DNA of 64,000 nucleotides. Source: Euprymna scolopes. Taxonomy: Eukaryota. This document shows, piece by piece, positions 49,900 to 62,892 of the stretch. The position numbers and the translations under genes were made by a program. Below the pieces are notes generated by a model. It was given only the letters and a program-made list of their open reading frames with translations. It was not told the DNA's origin and searched no databases. Within the stretch, counting starts at the first letter, position 1; every line of letters begins with the position of its first letter. Where the stretch lies: the NCBI GenBank assembly GCA_053919585.1, contig CM132788.1. One strand, 5' to 3'.

Positions 49900-51000
49900 T
49901 TTCTATTGCTTATGATTCGACTGAGAATAACTGACACAGTAGTATATTTCTGCTACTTCCAATTTATAGGAATTAATAGATGTCTTCCTATAACATATGA
50001 CACGTAGCACCAAAGTCTACAATCCAGTATGTATATTCAATTTAAGACAGTATATTGTTTGAGAAAAGTCAGGCAATGTATGATTTATCCTGTAATGTCT
50101 TAATGTAGTGCGCTTTTTTTTCGGATGATGATATTTCATATTTAAAATCTCTTCACTATGTTCACCTAGCAGTCCACAACCACGTTTGATGTGTCCAGTT
50201 TTTCCACAACGATAACACTTGGCCCCCTTCTTGCTGACGTGTTGTCTCGATGTCATGGCTTTCCATTCACCATTATTATCTTCCTTTTCTTTAATAATTG
50301 ATTCGTTCATCTACAAGAACCTCTCGAATTGATTTAAGTGCTGTCACTAACATTATATAGGAATATGTAAGGGTATCTAGGTGATACACAACTCTGGCTT
50401 CACTGTGTATTGTCACCAATCATTGCAAACCCATGAAACATATCAACTATGGCTCGATTAGATGTGTTAATGAAAGAGTCGCCTTTTAATTCAAGGAGAT
50501 ATAATTTTCCCATTGACGTTAATGTGTTGGACCACGTTATTTCTTTTGGAAATTGATCAGCCATTTTTTCATAACGATGATGGAGTCAGTCGGATAGCCA
50601 ATTGAATCTAACAATGACGTTTTCACTGAGAGAACAATTATCGCTAACGTCTGGTCTCATCTTAACATTGTCGTTCAATCTGCTTGAATATAAAGGACCT
50701 ATTGTGGAACAGATTTTGTTCCATCAACGATTCCCCAGGCACGATATCTAAAATCATACATCCTCACTTGAAATCACCATGTCGAGTAGTTTATTTTATC
50801 ATGTAGTGGCAGGAGAACATTAAAGTTTACATTCATAATTATTATTTTTTATAAAAATCTACAATCAGTTTTTATCAATACTAGAAAATTGCAGATTGTC
50901 AAAATCATTGTACAAACGTGTTTAAGATGTGCATGTTTTAATCTGTCTTTATCGTCGATGTGTCGTTTCTGGGTTCATGATCTTTGTTGGTTTTATTAAT
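49900..51000 (-). mobile_element. Ty1/Copia gag remnant
   Basis: LPLHDKINYSTW.FQ...AWGIVDGT (gag N-term, ~50720-50815), zinc knuckle CYRCGKTGHIKRGC and a degenerate copia-type PBS (AAGATCATGAACCCAG, ~50969-50985). Confidence 0.75.
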
Positions 51001-51402
51001 AAGCATTTGTTTGGTTACTTAAAATATAGATAAAGAAAACCTATTTTTCTCCCTTCAATGACTTCCCACTGGAAGTTCTATTGACGATGACAAACGAATA
51101 CACATAAAGACATAATAAGTATTGCCATTTAACACACATACGTAGGAAAGGGCACGTCTTTTTTATTTATATGCTTACATCACGAGGAGAAGTGGCATGT
51201 CAGACACGCGTGTAGTTAAAAAAATACAGTCAAAAAAGAGATAACCCCTGGTTACCTAACTGTAAAAGCGTACCTCATCATTTAACAGACAATGTGGACA
51301 TCTGTTAGCTACCTTATATCTTACATCACTGAAAATAAGAACCGGAATGGTGGATAACACTTCAAACATTAAAAAACGAGCAACATTGACAAACTCTCAA
51401 TG

Positions 51403-51465
<63 letters not shown>

Positions 51466-51552
51466 ATAGATAGTTCATGCATGTAATGAAGGGGGTCCAT
51501 TTTAACATAGACACATTTCCAATGATAATATATATATATGTATATATACATG

Positions 51553-51588
<36 letters not shown>

Positions 51589-53749
51589 TGTATATATAAA
51601 GATAGATAGTTCACGCATGTAATGAAAGGGGCCCGTTTTAAATCGTTAATATTCTAGAAGAATAATTTATCAAAATAGACTTAAGCAAACAACTAGTGCA
51701 ATTGCATTTCCAAAGGCGTCATGTTTACTTGTATTCCTTAAGCCGATAACGTGGTAAAATATCTTTTATTTCATTTTCAAACGAAATACTACAGGTATCA
51801 GTAACTGCCAAACGTTGTAAAACTATAATCTTTCAAAACAAAAGTCGAGGTTTACGATGTGCATTCCCCTTTATAGTTTTCTGTTTGTATATTTTGTATT
51901 TTTTAAATCATTTGCCTACTAATCTACGAGAGTATTACAAACATATTTAGAATTATATGAAGCATTTTAGACGGTGTTCTGTTTCCAATAAAATGTATAG
52001 TAAATCAATCTCCCATTTTAGAACCACTTGAAAGAAAATATGCATCCCGTTGTTATTTTTTGTTCTTGTTTTATTCAATAGTTTTAGTGGATGTATATCA
52101 AAATATATTAATATATATATATAAAACTTGATATTTAAATATTTGTAACTCGTGCTCGATTTCTAATAAAACGGTGTAGTTAATCGATCACTGTTGTAAA
52201 ACTAGTTGCCGATTAAACGTGCAATTTACTTTTGTTAAGATGTTTCATGACATTAAGACCTTTCTCATTCAGTGTAGCCCTATTGTTTTTAACGGTTGTA
52301 AAGTTGTTGTTTTTTTTTCTCCGGGTACTCAATTTTTGCGTGCGCGACAACCAACCTTTCGACAAATGTAAACACTACAGAATGAATTGGACAATAAATG
52401 TCTTAATATAATGAAAACTTCTTTGCAAAAATTATGATTTTCCTTCAGAACAGACCCGAATTGGATATACTAGCAAACTCTACGGAATTGCCTGGTCACA
52501 AATACGCTTTAATATTACATCTTTATTAAGGGAGATGTCAATACACGCATAAAAATAAAAATAAAAATTATAGGACTATAGATAATCTACTGACAAACAA
52601 ATGAAAAATAAAAAAAATAACGAAAAAATATATAAGAGTATGTTCTTCGTATATGTCGAGCAAATGTAATAATAAGTACATTAATCGTATTCTAATTCTT
52701 TGAAACGCTGTTTAAACAGACTTTACAAATTTTATTTTTTTATATACGTACAAAGACAATGTCGGTTTTGAATTCTGTTTTTGTAAATTAACCATTTTTT
52801 ACATTAAAAATATTTTATGGGAACATCACGAGGCGTCAAAGTATATAAATCTGCAATTTATAATTGATATAAGTGTTTGGAATCTTATATAAGGGTAATT
52901 TTATTGTTTCGTATTATTTACACATATGTTACCCATTATTTAAATTTTCGCTGTATAGAAATATATTAAAACATTTATTTATTTAATGTTCTGAACTATT
53001 AGACGCTGGATAGAGTACGACATTGGTGCAAAGGAAAGTACTCTGTGTTAATAAGAAATAATTTGCTATGTAAATACCAATGGAATATAAGGTGCACACC
53101 ACCGATTATGTGCAGAAGTAATAGTTTTTGTCATTATATAAAAAGGAATAATATCCGTTAGAACTTGCCAACACACGTTAATCCTGCATTCAAACAAAGA
53201 TTGTATACATAGTGCATCCTCCATGCACGTTTATTATTTCCTGTTTATTTAATAATATGTTGCGAATATTTTTAATATTTTCGCATAGGCAGAGACACTC
53301 ATGAACTACCAGACATAGATCGATTCCACAAAACTGTCACGGTAAGTTATGCAAACCTTTCTTTTATTTATTTACCATTAACATCCAAGTTACATACATG
53401 TGACTCATTTCATTATTTCCCTGTAAACGTTTATAATTTTGCATATTCAGTTATTGATGGTATATCCCTGGAACAACAAATCCATAATTTAGGATAATTA
53501 GTATTATAACAACAAATATCATTATGATGTGTGCCAAATTTTGTTTATATATTACGATATAAAAAGAATATGTACACATATTTAAGGCAACGTCTGAAAC
53601 ATTAGAAAATACTCTCTAATCCATAGTAAAATCGAGAGATAAATTCCTGGTAACATTTAATTCAACTAAGGCAATACATTTTCTTTAATAATTACAGAGA
53701 AATATTTTAATGCTAATGGCTAATAACTAGAACTAGGATAACAGCATAT

Positions 53750-54430
53750 TATTTTCATTTTTTGGACTCTCCAGTGTGTATTCATTGATATCACGTATCT
53801 TTTTATATAGAATGTTGTTGCTCTCGGTTGTGTCCAACTGTGCCGGATATATACTCGACAGTCGGAAGAGGGAAACGAATATGCTGTGGTCATAGCTCTA
53901 GTAATAATACTACTTGAGAAATGATCGATCAAACTCCTCGTCTTTACTTTCACAGGCAACAATTATTGAAAAAATACATTAAAACTATTGCAAATGATGG
54001 TACAAAGAAGGTGGTTTCCTATACCGTGCTTCAAAATTAGACATATCTGAGATTATCCTGTATTTCTACAAAGCTACAATTCGCTCAGGAATTTACACAT
54101 ATGAACTAATTTTTCTAGCATTACTGCCTCTATTTATAAAGGGTCCAAGAAGGAGTCTCAAATCTAATAAGCCATGCACTATCAATCACATATCTAACTC
54201 TGTTCTTATCTTTATAAATTGTTACATCCTGTGTCTGTTTTGACAGTACTAAAGTGGAATTTTTCTGCTGAAGTCATAGAAGTTGAACACGAAAAGTTGA
54301 ACATAATACATTAGACTATCTTACGAAGCAGCAAAATTCAACCCATTCTTTGTAGAAGTTGATGGGTGTGAAAAAGCCTTTTACTATACTTTTTCTATCA
54401 AACTGTTAGACTTTAGAATCCCACAAATAG
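53750..54430 (-). pseudogene. Degenerate exon paralogous to 26709-27139 (putative UPA-like)
   Basis: ctgagattatcctgtatttctacaaagctacaattcg (54048) vs ctgagagtatcctgtatcactacaaggctaccattcg (26842); translations NS*ANCSFVEIQDNLRY vs NS*SNGSLVVIQDTLRC. Confidence 0.5.
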
Positions 54431-55869
54431 TAAGACCTTAGGTTCAAGTAGCTATATGCTTGTGCCGGTGGATTAAAAGGAAGATGAAATAAAACAAAAT
54501 CGATTTTTAAAAATATTTCTACTAAACGCTTCCGTTTTGCATACAATTGTTCATGACATTTCTTCGAAACTAATTTCCTTAATTGTTAAGAAATAGTCAC
54601 ATCTTTAGAAATTGAAAATGTGTTTCGGTCACTGAGTTTCAGCTGATAATAGTAAATAAACTAATTTATTACTTTCCATGATTTGAAGAAATGCGATCCT
54701 TATGTAAAACCACTTACAATACAAGCCTATTGAAACAACGCCAGCTCATGCAATTCCAAAGCCCTGCTTACAACGTGTAAACTAATCTGATCTAATAAAT
54801 CCTCTTTCCTTATCTGAGGCAAATCTGACCTTAATGTATTTGATATTACTCATAAATCTATCAATCGCTTGTTAATCCTATTTCGATTTACACCAGGGAT
54901 TACAGCATGCACTTTGTTTTTTATTCAGTTTGGCAAAAATATGTTTCGTCGAAAAACTGTTAATGCATCTTAATAAATCTCTATATAAAATAGACACGAT
55001 TATCTCCGCCTTAAAAACACATGATAGGAACAAACATTAAAATCACACATAAACCAAAATGGCCACGCTTCCTGCATGTAGCTGATGCAGACTTTTCTGG
55101 GACGTATTATTCGGTTAAATTACAATTCGTAAATTGTTACAATTTTCCAGGTTAATTTACTATTCCAAATACGACATACATGCAGATGCCTGTATTAAGT
55201 TATGTGTGAAGAATGACCAGTCGTTCGGACGAAGTATCATCTACAAAAGCTAAAATACAACAAAATGGCAGGTCTTAAATAATGCATGAATAAAAAAAAG
55301 AAACAAAAATGCTTATATATTGGCCGTGAGCGATTCGACACTTATAGCACGTTCTTAGGATAGGATCGGTGGACCTCCTTAGATTATCAAGTGATGCACA
55401 CGAATAGTAAAATTCATACAATGCGCGGCAAAACAGTAATTTATATATAAATATATTTTATTATAAAGTAGTGTTCACACCCCTCCCCTAAAAAAAACTA
55501 CCACACTTAATGGGCTGAGAGGAGGGTGAACAAAATGAATAATAAACAAAAAACATAATTAGGTTATTATGGCAAGTGAATGATTGAGATCAGAAATAAA
55601 AACAAATAGATATACATGAATGAGCAAATTATTGCAAAATTATATTTGATATTAAAGGCAATAAAGAAGGTTGAAATACGGTTTGCTGACATAAAATATA
55701 AAGGTATTTCCCAGTTGGCGAAAGTCATGTCCACAAAGCAAATATCAAAAAGAGAGAAATATGTACAATTCCATTTCTAATAGTTGGGGAGAGGGAGTAA
55801 AGATGCATTCTACGTATTAATAGTTCTTTTCTTTTGGTCCTTTTTTGTTGGATTGGTATAATACCTCTC

Positions 55870-56520
55870 TTATAAATATTTCAATCAGCTCCTTATTCAA
55901 AAACGCATTTCTCCTTGTTGGGCGGCAGATCCATGAGTGGTGATAGTTTGGTTTTCAAAGACTCATGTCGATGTGTTTTCTTTCTGATGTCTGTGTATCC
56001 TTTCGGCGGTTTTTTAATCCCTCGCACCATTTACATACGTAGCTCTAATCGAAACAAGGCATAGTTTGTAGAAGTCCCTTGAGTTTTTCGCAATACAGAA
56101 AAGCATGTGTTCAGCTTCAAACTTTGCACTTTAGTCTTCTAAATGTAAATTTACTCGGACACACAACAGTTGGAATTACTTGTCGTGGAATCATATACCT
56201 GCTTAGTAAAAAGCTTCCCCGGTTTTTGCATATCATTTTCTTCTGTGATGGAGTTGATATTTTGGATATTTTAATTTCCTTTCTCCAATACTTTAAGGAA
56301 ATATGAACGTCGGGCATATAAACGGATCATGAGAGTGATAGCCCGACAGGTGTGAGGTTATCTAGCTGACTTACTTCAATTAGAGGTGTTACACCCTCGG
56401 CAAGTGAAGAAGATAGATGTTGGCTTACCTGTCTAGTAACTCCAAAAGTGCTCAGCGAAATCTCTCCCTTTCGGCAGTATAGCAACGCCATAATTGTACG
56501 TCACAGTAGCAGAACAATTC
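55870..56520 (-). pseudogene. Second ZU5-like domain exon, degenerate
   Basis: EGVTPLIEVSQLDNLTPVGLSLS*SVYMPDVHISLKYW and SAKFEAEHMLFCIAKN resemble the ZU5 'SP.v.l...PV.l.lP' and terminal 'F.v.HFS.f.i' motifs; stops and frameshifts present. Confidence 0.5.
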
Positions 56521-56999
56521 TTTTTCTATATTATTCTCTCAGTCATAACCGGAGAAATATTTCATAGTTTACGTTTATAGCGTGTCATCGAAATACATCC
56601 GTTTTTGATTACGTGATTTTATCTTTCACCTGCAATTTATATCATAGGAAAACAAGAAAGGCTTACTTTCCCATTCCATTCTAATTTTAACGACATATTT
56701 CCCATTTGCGGAGCAAGTTTTCTGTCTTTTCCAGCCAATCATCTTTGAGATAAATTCATAATTTCATGATTCTTTACATTTTTTTTATTTTCCACAAATT
56801 TGATATAATCCAAGGAAAAAAGAAGCTTAAAATAGAAACACGGTGGGAAAAAATAAATGAACCAACGTTTCAAATATGATGATAAAGAGATATCAATTTA
56901 CAACAGACTTACGAGTTAATATAATAAAGATCGGACGTGATGACGTTTTGCATGCCGAGCACCTGCAAATTACAGTGAGTTTGAACCATCCATTTCTGA

Positions 57000-57720
57000 A
57001 GGCAAATATCATAATTATCTCATTCAACCGTATCTGTATTCAAATCGCATGATATCTATTTGGAACTGACTACAACATAAAATTACCATCGCAACGAATA
57101 CAGAGATCAGATAATAACTGTTAGGGGCTCCTACGTTTACAACAACAGTAACTTAATGTAAACCAATTGCTTAGTCGGATCCACCACAACCCTATGAAGC
57201 TCCCTGCATTGATTTTTCTAACAACTTATTCACTTCGGAGAATATTAGTGTTGCATGGCTTCTCATCCAACAGGTAAAGATGTTGTCATTAAACGACCGT
57301 TTGCCCATTTAGGCAGCGAAGTAGTTTTCTGTTGTGTGTGGTATTAATTGGAAATGGAACTGCTGCCTTTCTACGTTCCCTCACACTACGTCCGCTCCAG
57401 AAGAAAATATAACCGCTTATTTCTTCTGTGAGTTGACCTTCCTCAGTTATGCGAGTTTGGAGAAGGCTACCTCTCCAGTTATTGGGCGTCTTGTTTTTCG
57501 GGTTTTCTTGCATTTGGCTTGTCAATACAAGTACGTATGTTCAATGTACCTATAATGAGCGAAGTAATCGCATGTTATTTTGTTATTCGACCGCTGAATA
57601 CGGGATCTCTACGAGTGCGGTAAATTTTTCTGGCTGTGGTGACGCAGAGCAATAACAGGGCGAAGTTTTAAAGATAACTGCTTAGTCGCTCAGTGGTCTG
57701 ATGGTACCCAGGTGGTTCGA
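57000..57720 (-). mobile_element. RTE-clade LINE 5' remnant (APE endonuclease)
   Basis: LQTRITEEGQLTEEISGYIFFWSGRSVRERRKAAVPFPI matches the RTE ETRL..EGQL.E...GYTFFWSG...R..GVGFAI pattern. Confidence 0.85.
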
Positions 57721-59549
57721 AAATGATCTGGATCCAATGACAGGACTGTAGATTTTTACAGGTGCTGGAGTTGCTAGGAAAGTTTTGCCAACTAGCTATC
57801 CACGAAGTTCTTCATCAAATGTATTGGATTTGTATTTATTTCTCCATGTTTAAATTTATTTAATTCTTGCCATCATCACCATCATCATGTTAATTGAGAA
57901 ATCCTGCCGTTTTAAACAATTTTTCAATGTGAAATTTGCACAAAACATGGCAAATCACGTTTCCTATCTATATGTATCGTATGTTTCGGATTTGTGTTTA
58001 TTTATATATGTTTAAATTTATTCAATTGTAACCATCATCACCATCGTCATGTCTATTTACAATTTGAAAAACACCGCAAACTAAATTATTTATCATACGA
58101 TTTAATGACAGGGATAAGTTTCTTAATAAAAGATTAGAAACCTCCGTGCAGTTGAATGGGCTGGTAAATAGCAAAACAACATGAACTAAATACAGTAAGC
58201 AAAAGTTCAGCTAAAATTCGTCACTGTCAACTTTCTCTCTCAACTTCCAGCACGTGTTCTCCTGACTGCCTCTGCTAACAGGCATTTTAATAGACAACTT
58301 ACCCCCATTCTATTTACATACGAGTGCAGTGGAAGATGAGATCTCGTGAGATTCAACGATACTACACCTTATAAATCTATGGCTGCAATCTTTAATTTCT
58401 CTTTCTCTCAGATCCCAATGCGAAGATAAGTTGTATGGACGCACGATACACACACACGCGGGCGCTTTCCTCTTTGATTATTATATTCAACTCTACACTC
58501 GATAAACTGCAAACTTTATAGAGAATATTTTATTTATCTTCATATTTGTTCTTAATTTAACTTTATCCATCTTATATAAAAATCGACTTGAATTTAACGA
58601 AAAATAGATTATCTGTATATTGTAAGTATATATGTTTATTGTTTATTGGGTAGTTATATGTATACGTATATGTTTGATGCGTATATTTTTATATGTATGT
58701 GTTTTATGCATATATGTATTTGTCNNNNNNNNNNNNNNNNNNNNNNNNNNNNNNNNNNNNNNNNNNNNNNNNNNNNNNNNNNNNNNNNNNNNNNNNNNNN
58801 NNNNNNNNNNNNNNNNNNNNNNNNNNNNNNNNNNNNNNNNNNNNNNNNNNNNNNNNNNNNNNNNNNNNNNNNNNNNNNNNNNNNNNNNGTATGTAGGTGT
58901 GTATATATAAGTAATAATATTAGGTTATTTTGTGATTATATGTGAGTATAGGTATACTCAATTTTTGTGAGCTTTTCTCATATACCGTATACACTGTTTG
59001 AGCCTCTCTAATTAACAACTAGTTACATAGCACCACACAAATAGTAAACTGGAAGGATTTCTACTAAAACGTGTAATTTTATTTCGCAATTAATATATTG
59101 ATTTAATTCTTTAAATGTTTTTCTACTCTTTATTTTAACATATATAGAAATATACTTCCAAACTATAAAAAGAAGTAAGAACAATGGTAGTTTTATTAAA
59201 ATAATTTAAGTTCTTAGAAATAAAACACTATAAACATTTAGAAATGACGTTCAAATGATAGAGATTACAAACGAATTAAAGTGTATTTTAAGTTTGTTTA
59301 GAAAACATTAAAAAATATTTTTTTAATAAGATTATGGTACGAATACAATCTTTTTTTATATTAAAATAGTAATAAACAATTATATACAAAAATAGATGAT
59401 GAAAATTATGAAAAATAATAAAAAAATAAATAATAAAAATATATACACGGATGCAAATAAAGATAATACTGTTTATAACACAATATATATATGAATATAT
59501 GAATGGATATATAAATGGATGTATATCTATACGTGTGCGTATATATCTA

Positions 59550-59785
59550 CGAGGGGCGTGCAATAAGTAATGCCTTTGAACCACTTCCAGTTGTCTGATC
59601 TAGCTGAAATTTTGCATGTACAATGATTTATATCTCTTCGGGTTATATGCCAAATTACAAGTCTGAAGTAACTGTGGTTTCTGTTTTACAGGTGTTTGAA
59701 CTGAGTCAGGTGTGAAATGAAGACTCTTGAATGGCATGCAGTGCTCCGGTTTTTATATTTGAAACGACGCACACCACAGGAGACT
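59550..59785 (+). mobile_element. Mariner 5' fragment (TIR plus start of transposase)
   Basis: TA|CGAGGGGCGTGCAATAAGT TIR; MKTLEWHAVLRFLYLKRRTPQET resembles the mariner HTH N-terminus. Confidence 0.75.
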
Positions 59786-60590
59786 TGGCCAAAACGTTAA
59801 TTTCTTCACCGTGAAATCAGCAATTTTCTACAGGGAGGTTAGAAAAAACCGGCCTCTCATGACGAATTCGGTTCTACGCATATGCAAATGACGTCGGAAC
59901 CTGGTTTAGTTTAAAGATAAAAAAAACGATCTATTTTCGTGGACGTCGTCTTAGCTCAGTTGCTTAGAAAGCGGCCTCATTATCTAAACGTTTTGGGTTC
60001 GAGTCGTGTTGTGAGATGTCTTTTTTTTTCGAATTTATAAATTTTAATATTGAATCAGGGTTATTTAAGACATTTTCACGTAACGTTGGTTTTCCTGATT
60101 CGCGTTTGCCTTACGCTACTTTTTTTTTACTTCGCTTATTCTTAGGTTTTCATGAACACCGCCCACCCTCAACCGGCCACACGCACCAAAAACGTGGACG
60201 AGAACGCCGGGTAACCCCCCCCCCCGCTTACCTTACGTGGTGTGAGAGGTCTTATTTTTCATTTTTAAAGGTTTAAAATTGAAACAGGGTAATTTTTTCA
60301 GGTTCTATGTTTTTGTTATTGCTTTTATTTTTCAGATTTTTAACGAAGTTTTCATGTTCGTGTTTTTTGTGTTTGTTTTCCGACTTTGACATCTAACATC
60401 GTTCGTTTGCCTTGCGTTAGATTTTTTTTGTGTTTTTCTCGATTTTTTAAAAAGTTTTAACATTTTTTTTATAAAAAATATTTAATAATTAAAAATATTT
60501 ACTTCGCTTAGTCTTATGTTTTGACTCCCCCCCTCGTGCCCGAGAACACCCATCCTAAATACCCGGGCAACGCCGGGTACCCCCGATAGT
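59786..60590 (+). mobile_element. Non-autonomous Helitron-like element (5' boundary uncertain)
   Basis: 3' terminus ACCCGGGCAACGCCGGGTACCCCCGATAGT (hairpin plus CTAG-like end); an earlier degenerate end at ~60200-60230. Confidence 0.65.
59944..60017 (+). pseudogene. tRNA(Met)-derived pseudogene or SINE head
   Basis: A box TAGCTCAGTTG, CTCATTA anticodon loop (CAT), B box GGGTTCGAGTC, then oligo-T; stems are degenerate. Confidence 0.6.
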
Positions 60591-60749
60591 ATGGTGTAAA
60601 CGATGAATACTTTCACGCTGTTAATGCTCACTATGGAAGAAAAGCTGCTAGATTTTGTGGAAAAGGCTATGTCAGTTGAGGGGTTACGACAGGTATTTAT
60701 TTGTGTTATTGCTTTATTGAACTGTTATCTGTTTAAGGAGAAGTTTTGC

Positions 60750-60826
<77 letters not shown>

Positions 60827-60859
60827 CACACACACTTGATCTTTTTACGTTGACTTCCT

Positions 60860-61480
60860 TGTGCGTTATTGACAATATTTACAAGTTCAGCTGTAAGGCA
60901 GTTATATATTTTAAAGGGCGTAATATTGCACTTTATTCTATATTATGCATGCATAGGCCACGTGAGACGGTGGCCATTGTATACTCGACCTTACATACAT
61001 AACTATGCTTTATTGTTGTTATAGAAGCTGCACTCTTCTAAGTTTGATTTATAAATGACATCGGTTCATTCTTGTGGTTTGTGAGTAAAAAAGGCATTGC
61101 TCCTTACTACTTTGTGTTTAATATTAATTTTGTATGGTTCCGGAAAGATGTGTATAGATGATATTTCCACGACATTTTCTTCCCATGTACATCCTGGTTA
61201 TATTTGGTTACAATCGAATATATAATGGTATTAGTAAGTAGATGTTGTCGGGAGTTATTATTAATAGCGATATGTTTTATGTTCGGGTACTTTAATTTTA
61301 TTTGGTGGTCGATAATGTAGTTTAGAAATCCGTTATTGATAAGTATTTGTTTGATTTTTTTGTTTGAGGTGGCAGATTTTTTGTTTATGAGAAATTTAGG
61401 TTGGTTTTGTAAATTAGTTTGGGAGGCTTTTGCTAATAGCTATTTTGTAACAGTGACGAGCATGTAAATGTTAATATTTT
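60860..61480 (-). mobile_element. Penelope-like element remnant (RT C-terminus to GIY-YIG)
   Basis: CYKIAISKSL, KIKQILINNGFLNYIIDHQIK and TDVIYK.. occur in the order expected for Penelope ORFs. Confidence 0.6.
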
Positions 61481-62536
61481 CCAAAACGTTTAAGAACGGC
61501 TCGAAGATGTGAATTATGTTAAATGAAAATACGAGTTTTATGATACTAAAAAAAATAAATAAATAAAAGTAACAATAGCCTCAGGAATACCGTAGTGTTT
61601 CTCTGTCTTAGAGGACGACATAGACTGTGAGAACCTTTAAAGAGGAATAATCAGTTTTCTCAAGAAGGAGTGTTTTACATTTTCCTATATTGAATGTTCA
61701 AATCATATGATGAAACACACCATTGTCCAATGATATCAAAACATAGCTTTTGCACTCTGTATTATAACTATATTAGCTTTTTCAGCATGCCTTTTGACTA
61801 TGGCTGTTTCACTTTTAACCGGAAAATTATTGGATCTATGATCTTTTTTCCTATTTGTATCTGACTTAAGCCGTAAAAACAGGCGGAATGCATGCTGTCT
61901 TTGGTCAATGGTAACTGCAATGGGTGTAGTGAATAACCGGGGAGAGTTGTAATGCTATCATAACGTATTTTAAGGTTTGCTTTGCACGATTTGACAGTAT
62001 TATTGAAGCACTAGCTAACAGGGTGAAAGAGAATGTGTTCATAAGGTATTTCTGCTGTATTATCAGCCCTTTTTGTCGTTTTAGGCAACGACTAGTAACC
62101 TTGCGGTTGGGTGGTGTTTACTCATACCAATAGTCACACCACTAGGTGGCCCTCATTTCCAAGAAGACTATGTGCACCTTTATAAAATAGAATAAATTAG
62201 ACACGTAATTATTGACAGGATCAGGAAATTAATTCATATCGCATGAGGAGAAAAATGTTGCATAAGTACAAGAATACAAAAGGGGAAATTAATAAGCAAC
62301 ACTACGAGTTTTAATTAACTATTAAAAACTTTGACTAATTCAAATCGGGCCATGAATAAAGTTCGGTAGACGAACATAAAATCAATTTGTTAAGAAATAG
62401 TGTGAATCCACTCTAGTTTTGTAGTTCTAAATCGACGTAGTCGTGCAAGTCTAACTCATTTTCAATCAACTCTTTTGTAGGGAGTAATTTCCGTATATTG
62501 TATTCAACTCCTTATATAAATTTTGTAAATCCAAAC

Positions 62537-62608
<72 letters not shown>

Positions 62609-62619
62609 TTATATGGGCT

Positions 62620-62892
62620 ATGATCTTGGCCATTTGACCTTTACCTTGAAAAATTGTGTTGACCATCTCTAGATGGGGGGGCATGATCATGCCAACATAA
62701 CTCATGATCTGGTCATTGGTATGAGTTGTAAAAGAATATATATACATGCATAGGTCATAGCATTGACTTTTGACCTTAAATATGGAAAATCAAGCTAGCG
62801 TTCACTTGCTTGAGCCGAAATAGTGTTGTACACAAAAACACACGCAGACACATGCAGACACACGAACGCTTCTACTTTATTTATATATACAT
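62620..62892. mobile_element. Helitron/HINE-like non-autonomous fragment (a similar piece lies at ~45630-46085)
   Basis: tttgacct motifs, a cagacac minisatellite and a ctttatttatatatacat end. Confidence 0.35.

Noticed and set aside
6205-56329. Single in-frame TGA codons in otherwise open exons (6205, 28508, 56327), suggesting selenocysteine or readthrough
   Set aside because: Neighbouring exons also carry TAA/TAG stops and frameshifts, and I recognised no SECIS element. TGG/CGA-to-TGA decay in a pseudogene is the simpler explanation.
59944-60017. Functional tRNA genes (also 19899-19990 and 36944-37012)
   Set aside because: Acceptor and anticodon stems do not pair properly, so these are tRNA-derived segments only.
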